Source of the DNA: an uncultured delta proteobacterium
Lineage (GTDB): Bacteria; Myxococcota_A; Polyangia; Polyangiales; Polyangiaceae
DNA: 64,000 nucleotides
Direction of reading: 5' to 3'
Assembly (NCBI GenBank): GCA_963806225.1
Contig: CAWDXG010000004.1
Coordinates: 3,872,001-3,936,000 of the forward strand
Both the position numbers and the translations under genes were made by a program. Positions 40,180 to 50,738 of the stretch are shown piece by piece. Below the pieces are notes generated by a model. It searched no databases. It was not told the origin of the DNA and saw only the letters and a program-made list of their open reading frames with translations. How positions within the stretch are numbered: the stretch's first letter is position 1; each line of letters opens with the position of its first letter.

Positions 40180-43100
40180 CTACCGCCGCACCTGTTCGCG
40201 CACGACGCGCAGGCGCTTCGTCTTGTCGCCGCGCGCCAGGTCGATGAGAACGTCGCTGCCGACGGGGCCGCTCAAGCGAATGCGGGCGTCGCGCATGGAT
40301 TCGGGGCGGGACGCCGTCCACGGCCGTGATCACGTCGCCCGCACGGAGGCCGGCGTGCTCGGCTTCGCTGGCGTCCGCAACCTGGACGATGACGACCTCG
40401 AGCGATTCGCCCGCCCCGCGCGCGCCCAGCGTCACGGCAATGCTGCCGCCGCTCGCCGGCTCGTCGTCATCCGCACCCGGGGAAAGCCGGATGGTAACGC
40501 CGGTGGTCGGCCGCTCGGGATCGACCTGCACGCCCCGCGCGCGGCCGCGCCCCACGTCAGCGGCGTACGCTCCCAGATCGACCTTGCCAGGATCGACGCC
40601 TTCCAGCTTGAAGTGCCCGTGCGTGTCGCTGACCGCCATGCCCGGCGGAAGCGCCCCCGCCGGCAAGTAGGCGGGCGCGACGCCGACCGCGACGCGCGCT
40701 CCAGCAACAGGCTGGCCCTTGGCATCGACGACCGTTCCCTCCACGGTAGCCGGCGGCGAGAGATCGACGCCCGGCAGCTCGAAGGGGCGATCGCTGCGAC
40801 CTGTCCGCTCGACCTTGGCGTCGATGCTGCGCGTCGCGTACTCGGGGTGGCTCACTACCAGCCGCACCGGACCTGGCGTGACATCGCGAAGGGTGTAGCC
40901 ACCCTCGCTGTCGGTGAGGGCCGACTTGCGCATACCGTCGGCGACCAGGGTGACACTGGCACCCTGGAGGTACTGATGGCCGCGCACGCCCGTGACGGTT
41001 CCGTGCACCAGCACGCCGTGGCTGAGCTTCACGGCGAGCTCGGCGGGCGCCTCGTCGGTCGTGACAGCCGTGCGCGCCCAGCCCGGCGCCTCGACCAGCA
41101 CGCGCAGCGCAAGGCCCTTGGCATCCGGCACGCTGAGCGACCCGTCGGCGGTGGTGAACAGCGTGCGGCGCAGCGGCGTATCGGGCTCCAGCGACAGCAC
41201 GGTGACCTGGGCCGCATCGACGGGCTGATCCTCGTCGTCGGTCACCTTGATCTCTACCGCGTCGCGAGGTGCGGGCAGCTGGATCTCGATTTCCTTGTGC
41301 TCGCCCTCCTTCACCTTGATGGTCTTCTTCATCACGATGCGCGACAGGTCCTCGGGGCGCGCGAGCGACAGCTGCACCTCGTCGGGCACGGCGGCGAAGG
41401 CGAACGTGCCGTCCTCCGCCGTGATCGTGGTCTCCTGGCGCGTGCCCTTGACGGCGGTGAGGTCGACGCGCGCGCCGCCCACGGGCTGGTCGTCATCGTC
41501 GATGACGCGGCCTTCGAGGGCGCCGCCGGCGAGCAGCACGATCTTGACCGTCGCCTTGCCGCCGGGCGCGAGCGTGACCGCGTCGCTGACCGCTTCCACG
41601 TAGGCCGGGTGACGCACCAGCGCACGCATGCGCCCCGGCGTGACCGGGTGCGCGGTGAAAGTACCGTCGAAGCCTGTGACCCAGGGTGCGATCGCGTTCT
41701 CGTCGCTGTCCTTGTCGTCGCCAGCGGCGTTCGCGGTCGACGGCAGGGCCGCGACGCCCCCGACCGGCGGAATCGGCGGAACCGGGCCCGGCATCACCCC
41801 CAGCTCGCCCGCCGGGATCAGCGGCACCGGCCCGGGCAGCGCCCACTCGAAATGACGGCGCCGGAACGACATCAGCATGGGCGTCTCGCTCACCGGGAAG
41901 CCCTGCATGTCCGTGCCGATGATCTCGATGGTCGCGCCGTCGACGGGATCGCCCTTGGCATCCACGACGCTCCCCTCGAGCGTGGCGCCTTTCAGGAGCG
42001 GGATCTGCACAGGACCGTCGAGGGGCTCGGGGACGGGCACGCCGGAGTGTGGAACGAAGTCGTCCGCTCGGGCTGCCAGCATGGCGGGACCGGGCGCGAG
42101 CGGACCCAGCGTGACCGTGCCGTCCGCACCGGTGCGCCCGCGAATGGGGAAGGAGCTGATGCCGGATTCGACCAGCACCACGTCGGCGTCAGGGACGACG
42201 ACGGGATGGTCGCCCGCGCCGTCCGTGACGACCGCGGTGACCACGCGCCCCTCGTACACGCGCAGCACCAGTGTCTGGTGCTGCCCGCGTTCGAGCTCGA
42301 CGCCGACCAACGTGTCGGACACCAGCTTGCCCTTCTCGGCCTTCAGATCGTACGTGCCCGCGAGCAGCCCGGCGATACGCGCACTGCCCTTGCCATCGGT
42401 GGTCGCGCGGCGCGCCGGCCAAAGGTTGGAGCCCGCGATGATGACCGACGCATCGGCGACCGGCGAACCCGTCGTGGTTTCGACGCGTACCTCGAGCGAG
42501 CCGAGGCGGCGCAGCGTGATCGTCAGGTCGTTCGTGACATCGGGACGGGTCACCGACTCGTAGCCGCGCGCACTCACCTTGACGACCCAGGGCGCGGCGC
42601 CGAGCCGCGTCAGATGCGCGGCGCCGTCGAGCCCGGTGAGCGCGCCGAACGGAAGTGGATCAGCTGCGGTGACGAGCACGGTGGCGCGCGGCAGCGCCTG
42701 GCCCTTGTCGTCGCGCACGCTGACCGTCAGCTTGTGGGCCACCGGCAGCGTCACCTCGGCCGTGCGCTCCTCGCCGCCGAGCACGAGTCGCGTCGAGCTG
42801 CGGGCACGCCCCGGCGCGTCGGCGACCACCCAGGTCGCACCGCGCGGCAGGTGGTCGACGACGACGCGTCCCGCGGCGTCGGTGCGTCCGCTCCCCGCGA
42901 GGTAGTAGCGTCCGCGCTGCTCCCAGAAAATGCGCACTGTCGCCCCCTCGAGCGGCGCCGGGGTGCATCCCGGGGCGGTACCGCCGTCCGCCGCGGGTTT
43001 GCAGCGTCCGGACGCGCGCGCTCCAACGCGCACGGTGAGCCGGGCGTCGCGCGCCGACGCGCGGACCGGCGGCGCCGGCGCGGAGGGACCCGGGTTCCAC

Positions 43101-43198
43101 GGCGAGAGCGCCACGTCGGATAGCCCCACCACGAAGGCCAGGCAGGCGATCACCGCTGCGACAACGGTGATCCGGTCAGTGGCCCGGCGTGCGTTCAC
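40180..43198 (-). CDS. Carboxypeptidase-regulatory-like repeat protein with a C-terminal PDZ domain (frameshift near 40310)
   Basis: Repeated G.V.D..G.PV.GA.V modules; AEHAGLRAGDVITAVDG; the corrected frame ends RLSGPVGSDV...VREQVRR at 40180. Confidence 0.85.
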
Positions 43199-43280
43199 GT
43201 CCGCGACGATAACGCCTGGGCCGGAGAAGCGCTTCCCCACCGGCTTGGTGGCTCCGGGCAAGCGGCGCTAGACTGGCAGG

Positions 43281-44474
43281 ATGCGTGCGATCCTCCGCTC
43301 GCGCTTGCTGGGCGTGGCGTCCCTGTCCGCCGCCCTGGCGGGCTGCGGGGCGTCGCCCGAGCACCCGCCGCGCGCGGGCAGCGGCTTCGACGGGGGAAGC
43401 AGCGGCGGAGCGTCTTTCGACGCCGGCGGGCGCGACGGGCCGCCCAGTCTCGACGCCGGTGATCTGTGCGGCAACCAGATTATCCCGGCCGTGCAGAGCC
43501 GGCCGAATCTCTACTTCGTTCTCGACCGCTCGGGCAGCATGGCCGACCCCCTGCCGGGCAGCATCTACAACAAGTATGTCAACGCGCGCCTTGCGCTCAA
43601 GGATCTGCTGCTGGCCGTCGGCCACCGGGTCCAGTACGGCGCGGCTGTGTTCCCCGCCCCCGGCGCGTCGCCGGCGGGTTGTTCAGCGGGAGCCGAGGTC
43701 TTTTCCACCCGCGCAGGCGATCCACCGAGCTACGCGGCCCACGGCGAGATAGGTCCCGTGCTGTCCTCGCTCCTGGCGCGGCTTGCAAAGTACTCGCCGG
43801 ACGGGGGGACGCCCGTGTCCTCGACGCTGGAAGCGCTCGCCCCGACGCTGCTCGGGCTCCAGGGCGACACCTACGTCGTCCTGGCGACCGACGGCGCGCC
43901 GAACTGCGACGCGCAGGCGAGCTGCGCTACGGACGAGTGCATGCTCAACCTGGCCGGAACGACGATCGGAACGCAGCAGTGCGACGCCAGCTTCAACTGC
44001 TGCGACCCCGCCAATGTGCAGAACGGACAGCTGCAGTGCGTGGACGGACCGGCGAGCATCGCTGCAGTCCAGAAGCTCGCCGCCGCGGGCGTGAAGACCT
44101 ACGTCATCGGCATGCCCGGCAGCGAGCTTTTCTCGTCCGTGCTCGACAGCCTGGCGGTCGCCGGGGGCGAAGCGCGCCCCGGCTCGCCGCGCTACTACCC
44201 CGTCAAGAACACCTCGGACCTGACCGACACGCTAAGGAAAATCGGCGTGGACGTTGCCATCAGCTGCGACATCTCGCTCGATTCGGCGCCGCCCGACCCG
44301 AACCTGGTCAACGTCTATTTCGACCAGAGGCTGGTGCCGTCGAGTCCGACCGACGGCTGGGTCTGGACGGACAGCACGTCGATCCAGCTGCGAGGGGCCG
44401 CCTGCGACGAGCTCTTGAGTGGCGCAGTGCTGCAGGTGCAGGTCGTCGCCGGATGCCCCACAACCGTCCGGTAG
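43281..44474 (+). CDS. VWA-domain lipoprotein
   Basis: Lipobox LAGC, VLDRSGSM, GGTP, LATDGAPNC, C-terminal GCPTTVR. Confidence 0.85.
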   Translation: MRAILRSRLLGVASLSAALAGCGASPEHPPRAGSGFDGGSSGGASFDAGGRDGPPSLDAGDLCGNQIIPAVQSRPNLYFVLDRSGSMADPLPGSIYNKYVNARLALKDLLLAVGHRVQYGAAVFPAPGASPAGCSAGAEVFSTRAGDPPSYAAHGEIGPVLSSLLARLAKYSPDGGTPVSSTLEALAPTLLGLQGDTYVVLATDGAPNCDAQASCATDECMLNLAGTTIGTQQCDASFNCCDPANVQNGQLQCVDGPASIAAVQKLAAAGVKTYVIGMPGSELFSSVLDSLAVAGGEARPGSPRYYPVKNTSDLTDTLRKIGVDVAISCDISLDSAPPDPNLVNVYFDQRLVPSSPTDGWVWTDSTSIQLRGAACDELLSGAVLQVQVVAGCPTTVR

Positions 44475-44521
44475 GGGACACGCCGCTCGCGCCTACCAGC
44501 AGTGGCGGCTAGCATAGCAGC

Positions 44522-44806
44522 GTGACCTCCGAGCCGGATATCGACGGGCTGCGCCGGGAGATTGATCGAATCGACCAGCAGCTTCTGGAACTGTTCGCGG
44601 CGCGCGTACGCGCCGTGCTCTCGGTCGGCGACTACAAGCGCGCCCGCGGCATCCCGGTCTACGACCCGGAGCGCGAGCGAAGTCTGCTCGACAGCCTGTG
44701 CCGCGCCACCGAGCCTCCGCTCGATGCGGACACGGTTCGCCGGCTGTTCGAACGCGTCATCGACGAGTCCCGCCGTATCGAGCAACATCACGTGAACCGG
44801 CGCTAG
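44522..44806 (+). CDS. Chorismate mutase (AroQ/type II)
   Basis: LRREIDRIDQQLLEL..R...VGDYK...VYDPERE. Confidence 0.9.
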   Translation: MTSEPDIDGLRREIDRIDQQLLELFAARVRAVLSVGDYKRARGIPVYDPERERSLLDSLCRATEPPLDADTVRRLFERVIDESRRIEQHHVNRR

Positions 44807-44853
44807 GCGCCGTGTCCGGGGCAGACAGCGGACGCACGGTCCAGAACGGCCGC

Positions 44854-45657
44854 CTATTTCGCCGGCGCCGCGTCGAAGTCGAAGGTGACCGGGGCGTTCG
44901 GGGCTACCTTCTGGCCGAGCGCACCGAGGGTCTTGGCCGCGAGCTTCTCGAACGTTTCGCGTGGCTTGATGTCGTGGGCTTCCAGGCCCACCTCGACGGG
45001 CGCCGCAGTCTCGACGTGGACCCCGACGGGCTTGTCGCCGCTGAACTTGAATGTCGCTGCCAGCTTGGCGGTCTTCTTCACCTTGCGCCCGTGCAGGCGG
45101 AAGTCGCCCGTCACGGTCAGCGTGATCTTTCTCTCGTTGCCCTTCATGGCGAGCACGTTCTTGTGCGAGGCACTGGCCACCTTGTCGAGCTTGAACTCGA
45201 CGTAGCGATTCGACTTTCGCATCGCCTCGGGCGCGTCGTCGGAGATCTGCAGCCAGGTCCGCATGTGCTCGTTCTGCCGGTCGTTCTTCGTCTCGTCACC
45301 GAACTTGGCGTGATCGGTCTCGCGCTTTGCGTGGTAGAGGGCGAGCTTGTCGAGATCCACCTTGATGAGGCCGTTGCTCCGGGTGATGTCCGACAGGTCG
45401 AGATACAAGTCGCCTGAAACCGAGGCCGGCGCCTTGCCGTGGATGCGCTCGATCGGCGCCGCCATCAGGAAGTCGACATTGCTGGACTTCGTCTCGACCT
45501 CGAACTTCGCCGAGACCTTGGAGTGCGGCTTGGCGGGAGCCAGCGACGAGGACACCGGCGCCAGATTGCCGGAGGGCTTGTCGTCACATCCGGCGATACC
45601 GAGCCCAACCACGGCCGAAAGCCCCACCGCCACCCACTTCATGCTGCCATTCCGCAT
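44854..45657 (-). CDS. YceI-family lipoprotein
   Basis: Lipobox IAGC; APIERIHG; TVTGDFRLHG; GAGGAG RBS before ATG 45657. Confidence 0.75.
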   Translation of the reverse strand: MRNGSMKWVAVGLSAVVGLGIAGCDDKPSGNLAPVSSSLAPAKPHSKVSAKFEVETKSSNVDFLMAAPIERIHGKAPASVSGDLYLDLSDITRSNGLIKVDLDKLALYHAKRETDHAKFGDETKNDRQNEHMRTWLQISDDAPEAMRKSNRYVEFKLDKVASASHKNVLAMKGNERKITLTVTGDFRLHGRKVKKTAKLAATFKFSGDKPVGVHVETAAPVEVGLEAHDIKPRETFEKLAAKTLGALGQKVAPNAPVTFDFDAAPAK

Positions 45658-45758
45658 CGTCTCTCCTCGCTGCTCAGCACGTAGTACGGGCGCCGCGGCA
45701 CATGGTTTCAGCCCCTCGTTCTGCCCGGGAGCGCGCGTCCTCGAGCCCGGAGCCGGCC

Positions 45759-48062
45759 TCAGGGAGCCAGAATCGCCGAGCCCCACGGCCCGAGCGTCAC
45801 GCTGATTTTCCCGCCGTTGACGCTCACGTCGGGTCCCCCCAGACGGTCGTGCAGCGTCGTGCCGTTGGCGAGCGGCAGGCTCGCGGGCAGCGGCACGTCC
45901 GTGGTCGACTGCGACGTGTTCTTGCTGAGCGCGACGATCGCGACCTTGTTGTCGGTGGTGACGCGGGCGTACGCCAGGAAGGGGTCGGTCGCGAGCAACG
46001 TCTCGTAGTCGCCGCGGCGCAGCGCCACCAACTGCTCGCGCGCCTGTCCGAGCTTCTGCGTGTGGGCCAGCTCCATCTTCTCATTGGCGCTCAGCGAACC
46101 GGAGTCGCCCCGCCACATGGCGCGGTTGCCGGGGTCCACGCCGCCCCACTGGCCGTACTCGTCGCCATAGTAGAGCAGCGGCGCACCCGGCAGCGTGAGC
46201 AGCCACGACAGCGCGAGCTCCTCGCGCTGGTAGGGCTCGATGTCCGGCGGCGGACCGGCGACGTTGGTCCACTGGTTGCCGGGGATGCTGCCGTCGTAGC
46301 CCGGCTGGCCGCGATAGGTGGCGAGGGTGATGAAGCGCGCCGTGTCGTGACTGCCGATGAACGGCGTCATGATGGCGTCCTTCGGGTACTCGCTCAGGCT
46401 CGCCTTGGTCCAGAAGTCGGCGTGGATCAGGCCGTGGTCGTCGTTAGCGAAGACGCGGTACGGCACCGAGTGGTAGAGGACGAAGTCGAACTGCCCGTCG
46501 AGCTTGTGCGTGCCGATGTACGAGCTGATGGGGTCGTACTGGTTCGAGTTGCACGCAACCGATCCGCAGTCGTTCCAGCCCATCGCGGTCTCGCCGGTGA
46601 GGAAGTAGCGCGTGCCAGCCGCCTCGAACTCGTTGTGGATCTTCGTCGAGAGGTTCGTCACCGCAACCTCCTCGACGTGCTTGACCGCGTCCACGCGCAG
46701 ACCGTCGAGGTCGAAGGTGTCCAGCCACCACACCGCGTCGCTGACGATCTGGTGCGCCGCGTCGGTCACCGTCCAGTTCACGTCGGGCAGGTAGTCGGCG
46801 AACAGGCAGGAGAGTCGATGCGAGGTCCAGTCGCAACCCGACGTGCCGCACACGCAACCAGTGCGGAACCAGTCCGGGTGCGCCGAGAAGTACTCGTGCT
46901 CCTTGTGCACGTGGTTCACGACGAAGTCCATGAGCACGCGGATGCCGTGCTTGTGCGCTTCGGTCACCATCGCGTGCAGAGCCTTTTCGCCGCCGATGCG
47001 CGGATCGACCGCCCGCGCGCGGATCGGCCAGTAGCCGTGATAGCCGGTGACCATGTGCGTGCCGTCCGACGCCAGGTATGGATCCTGGGGATTGGTCTGG
47101 TACGGCGTCAGCCACAGCGCCCGCACACCGAGCTTGTCCAGCGTGCCGTCGGCGATCTTGGCGCGCACGCCCTGCAGATCGCCGCCCTTCCAGTCCGTAC
47201 GCGGGTCCTGCACGCCCGGGGTGGGCGGGGCGTTGTTCGACGGGTCGCCGTCCTTGAAGCGGTCGGTGACGATCATGTAGATGAGCGCGTCCCGCCACTC
47301 GAAGGCGTCGGCCTCGACCCAGAACACCAGCCTGAGCGGCTCGGCCACCTTCTTGCCCTTGGTATCGGCGGCTGTAAGCTCGATCGTGTACTTGCCGTCC
47401 GAAAGCGTTCCCACGTCGATACCGATGCTGCCCTTCTTCGCGTCGATCGAGAGCGCGGAGGCGTCCACGGGGCTCGTCTTGTCCTGGTAGCGCAGCGTGG
47501 CGCTCACGCTCTTCGGGTCGAGCGCGGTGCCGCTGACGGGCGGCACGTAGCTCACCTCTGCCGTGAAATGTCCGGCGCCTGCCGCGCTGCGCTCGGTCTT
47601 GTGGGAGTCCACCTTCAGCGAAGGTAGCGTGCAGTCTGGGACCTCGACCGCGGAGTTCTCGGTGCCGTCGACGTACTTGCGGTAGCCCTGCTCCGGGTCG
47701 AGCTGCCAGTTGTCACCGTCGAGCACCAGCTTGTAGCCCCAGAAACCAGGCTCGAGCTTCAGCGTGATGTCGTAGCCGCCGCTCGCGTCGGGGCCCTGCA
47801 TCTCGTCCTGGGTCTTGTCGAAGCTGTTCCACTCGCCGGCCACGGCGACGCTGGCCACGGTGGTTCCCGCAGGCGGCTGGTAGTGGAAGGTCGTCGGGCA
47901 CAGCACCCCTGACCCGGTGCCACCCGAGCCGGCGAAGCCATGCGGGCCTTGCGGCGGCGCGTCGGATGAACATCCGGCGCCCAAGCCCAGAAGCAGGGCC
48001 AGTAGCACGACCACGGTGGACCCCAGCGCGCGGCGCCACGTGGGGAAAGCAAGAGAAGGCAC
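45759..48062 (-). CDS. GH13 alpha-amylase family lipoprotein with an N-terminal CBM48-like domain
   Basis: Lipobox GAGC; VAGEWNSF; YMIVTDRFKDGD, YHGYW, DFVVNH, GLRVDAVKH, GE, SHD, LYYGDE. Confidence 0.92.
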   Translation of the reverse strand: MPSLAFPTWRRALGSTVVVLLALLLGLGAGCSSDAPPQGPHGFAGSGGTGSGVLCPTTFHYQPPAGTTVASVAVAGEWNSFDKTQDEMQGPDASGGYDITLKLEPGFWGYKLVLDGDNWQLDPEQGYRKYVDGTENSAVEVPDCTLPSLKVDSHKTERSAAGAGHFTAEVSYVPPVSGTALDPKSVSATLRYQDKTSPVDASALSIDAKKGSIGIDVGTLSDGKYTIELTAADTKGKKVAEPLRLVFWVEADAFEWRDALIYMIVTDRFKDGDPSNNAPPTPGVQDPRTDWKGGDLQGVRAKIADGTLDKLGVRALWLTPYQTNPQDPYLASDGTHMVTGYHGYWPIRARAVDPRIGGEKALHAMVTEAHKHGIRVLMDFVVNHVHKEHEYFSAHPDWFRTGCVCGTSGCDWTSHRLSCLFADYLPDVNWTVTDAAHQIVSDAVWWLDTFDLDGLRVDAVKHVEEVAVTNLSTKIHNEFEAAGTRYFLTGETAMGWNDCGSVACNSNQYDPISSYIGTHKLDGQFDFVLYHSVPYRVFANDDHGLIHADFWTKASLSEYPKDAIMTPFIGSHDTARFITLATYRGQPGYDGSIPGNQWTNVAGPPPDIEPYQREELALSWLLTLPGAPLLYYGDEYGQWGGVDPGNRAMWRGDSGSLSANEKMELAHTQKLGQAREQLVALRRGDYETLLATDPFLAYARVTTDNKVAIVALSKNTSQSTTDVPLPASLPLANGTTLHDRLGGPDVSVNGGKISVTLGPWGSAILAP

Positions 48063-48205
48063 GAAGGCTAGATTACCGCAAACCCGGGCCAGACACCGGC
48101 GCCCCGGCGGGGGCCGGAGCGGAGCTCGCCGCCTCCGCTGTCGAGGTTGTGACGACCCCTCGGATTTCCCTTATTGCGGCCTGGATTGTCTCGGAGAGGA
48201 TCTGG

Positions 48206-48793
48206 ATGATGACTGTTCTTGCCCTACGCCATATCGAGCCCGACCCGCCGGCCGACCGGAACAAGCGCGAAGTATCCGACGACGAAATCGAGCTGCTGCG
48301 CGGAGCGCTGGTGATCGCACTGAATGCGATCCCGACAGCGGCTTTCGTCACACGCCACACCGGAGACGTCCTCTTGGCCAACGCCCGGGGCCGGGAGTGG
48401 CTCGCGTCCAGCCCGGACGAGCTGACCGGGCTACTCGCGGCAGCCGTGAGCTCCGCCGGACAGCCCGGAGACGATGACGTGTTCCAGGTCTCGCCCATCC
48501 GCGCCGGCACGGCAACGCGATCCTATGTCGTTGTCGAGCGCTCCAGCGACAGCGACAGCGAGCGTCGGGTGGCAGCTGCGGCCAATCGCTGGCAGCTCAC
48601 CCGCGCCGAATCCCGCGTGTTCCGCCGGCTCGCGGGTGGCATCTCGAACAAGGCCATTGCGCGCGATCTCGACTGTTCGGTGCGGACCGTCGAGCTGCAC
48701 GTCTCGGCGATCCTGAAGAAGGCCCACTCCAGGAGCCGCGCGGAACTGATCGTCAAGCTGTGGGGCCACTCGCTGGACGCTCAGCGAGGCTGA
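48206..48793 (+). CDS. LuxR-type HTH regulator without a receiver domain (PAS-like N-terminus)
   Basis: LTRAESRV..LAGGISNKAIARDLDCSVRTVELHVSAILKK. Confidence 0.85.
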   Translation: MMTVLALRHIEPDPPADRNKREVSDDEIELLRGALVIALNAIPTAAFVTRHTGDVLLANARGREWLASSPDELTGLLAAAVSSAGQPGDDDVFQVSPIRAGTATRSYVVVERSSDSDSERRVAAAANRWQLTRAESRVFRRLAGGISNKAIARDLDCSVRTVELHVSAILKKAHSRSRAELIVKLWGHSLDAQRG

Positions 48794-49833
48794 CGGTCAG
48801 TGGCGGCGTGCCGCGCGCTGCGCCAGGCTTCGGGCGACGTGTCGGTCCAACGCTTGAATGCGCGATGGAACGCGCTGGGATCCGAGTAGCCCAGGAGCCA
48901 GGAGAGCTCCGCGATGGCGACGCCCGCTTCGAGGAAGTAGAGGGCCTGCTGTCGGCGCACCTCGTCCAACTGCGCGTGCAGCGACGTGCCCTCCTCCCCG
49001 AGGCGGCGCTGCAGCGTGCGGGGGCTCATGTGCAGCTGCTGGGCCAACTGCTCGAGCAACACCCGGCCCTCGGGCAGCTGCTTTCTCAATAGCGCGCGCA
49101 CCCGGCCGACGACGCTGCTCTCGCCGGGGATCTGCTCGAGCTTGTCGCGGGTATAGCGGTCGAAGAAGCTGCACAGCGCCGCGTTGGCGTCCGGCAGCGG
49201 CAACTCGAGCAGACGCGCCGGGAAGCGCACCTCGTCGAACGCGGCACCGAATTCGATCGGCACGCCGAACACGCGCGCGTACTCGGCCGCTTCGGGCGGC
49301 TGCTCGTGGCGGAAGCGCACACACTCGAACTCGAGGCCCGGGATGTAGCGCGAGCCGTTGACCACGAAGTCGCAGAACGACATCTGGGCCATCTGCACGT
49401 GGGCCGGGCGCGGCGGGCCGTACTGTTCGTACGTCACACGGACGCGCTCGCCCTCGACGAACATCTCGTAGTGCTCGCCCTCGGCCCACATGCGTTGGTA
49501 GCGGAAAACCCGGTCGAGCACCGCGCCGAAGGTCGGGCTCGTGATCATGAGGAAGCCGAGCGCGTCCATGTCCTCGAGCTCGAGGCTCGTGGCGAAGTGC
49601 AGCCCGAGGCACGCATCGCCCGTGGCTTCGCGAGCCGCTTCGATCCCGTCGTACACGGCCGTCAGCGGGACGCGGCCGTCCGGATCGGCCAGATCAGCCT
49701 CGCTCAGCCGGGCGGCTTCCAGCATGACCTCGCGGACGGTGCCGCGCTTCTCCACGTAGTCGACGAACAGCGCGGCCAGCCTCGCCCACGCCGTGGGCCC
49801 GGTGGCTGCTCCTCGCTTCGAAACCGACGCCAT
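48781..49833 (-). CDS. AraC family regulator (OruR/arabinose-binding-2 type)
   Basis: LAQQLHMSPRTLQRRL and LGYSDPSAFHRAFKRWT; DLADPDGRVP N-domain. Confidence 0.92.
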   Translation of the reverse strand: MASVSKRGAATGPTAWARLAALFVDYVEKRGTVREVMLEAARLSEADLADPDGRVPLTAVYDGIEAAREATGDACLGLHFATSLELEDMDALGFLMITSPTFGAVLDRVFRYQRMWAEGEHYEMFVEGERVRVTYEQYGPPRPAHVQMAQMSFCDFVVNGSRYIPGLEFECVRFRHEQPPEAAEYARVFGVPIEFGAAFDEVRFPARLLELPLPDANAALCSFFDRYTRDKLEQIPGESSVVGRVRALLRKQLPEGRVLLEQLAQQLHMSPRTLQRRLGEEGTSLHAQLDEVRRQQALYFLEAGVAIAELSWLLGYSDPSAFHRAFKRWTDTSPEAWRSARHAATDRQPR

Positions 49834-49913
49834 AAATGACGGGGCGCAGAGTATCAGCCCTTTTGGCATGGATCATCAGTGCCAGCGGCGGGCGGGCGAC
49901 CTAGGTTGTCGAC

Positions 49914-50732
49914 ATGCAGCTGGAAACGAGCCCCCGCGTCGAGAAGGTCCGCGGCTGGGCGCTGGCCGTGGTGGCGCTCTTCGTGGCGCTCGCGGTCGCG
50001 GCGCCCGCTTCGGCCGCCAAGTCCATCACGGAGCTGGTCCACCGGGCGGACCACGTCCTCCGCGGCAAGACCACCGCAGCACTCCTGACGATGCACGTGC
50101 ACACCAAGAGCTACGACCGGACCTACAGCATGGTGTACTGGGGCGACGAGCGGAGCAGCAAGAGCCGTGCTCTGATCAAGGTGCTCGGTCCGGCGCGCTG
50201 GCGGGGTCACGGGACGCTCAAGATCGGCGGACGCCTGTCGCTCTATGATCCGTCCAGCGATCGCGTCACGGTGCTGTCGAGCTCGATGCTGGGCGACAAC
50301 TGGATGGGCAGCCACTTCACCAACGACGACCTGGTGAAGGAAACGGATCTGGCCAAGGACTACGTCGCCCACATGGAAAAGACGTGGGTGGCCAACGCGG
50401 ACGGGAAACCGGCGCGCTACTACCGCGTCAAGCTCGACCCCACGCCGCGGGCCCCCGTCGCATGGAACCACATCACCGTCCAGCTGTACGAACAGGGCTC
50501 GCACGTGATCCCGACTCGCGAGGAATACTACCGCCGCGCCGGCCAGAAGACACCCACACGCACCCTCACCATGAGCGACGTGAAGGACATGGGCGGAAGG
50601 CTGGTACCGACGAAGCTCGTGATGCACGTCGCGGCCAAGCCCGGCGAATATACGGAGCTCTCCTACAAGAAGGTCCGCTTCGACGCCAACGTTCCGGCAA
50701 GCAAGTTCACCGAACAGGCACTCCGCCAGTAG
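49914..50732 (+). CDS. LolA-like outer membrane lipoprotein-sorting protein
   Basis: Signal peptide; SSSMLGDNWMGSHFTNDDL; C-terminal FTEQALR. Confidence 0.85.
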   Translation: MQLETSPRVEKVRGWALAVVALFVALAVAAPASAAKSITELVHRADHVLRGKTTAALLTMHVHTKSYDRTYSMVYWGDERSSKSRALIKVLGPARWRGHGTLKIGGRLSLYDPSSDRVTVLSSSMLGDNWMGSHFTNDDLVKETDLAKDYVAHMEKTWVANADGKPARYYRVKLDPTPRAPVAWNHITVQLYEQGSHVIPTREEYYRRAGQKTPTRTLTMSDVKDMGGRLVPTKLVMHVAAKPGEYTELSYKKVRFDANVPASKFTEQALRQ

Positions 50733-50738
50733 GGTCGC

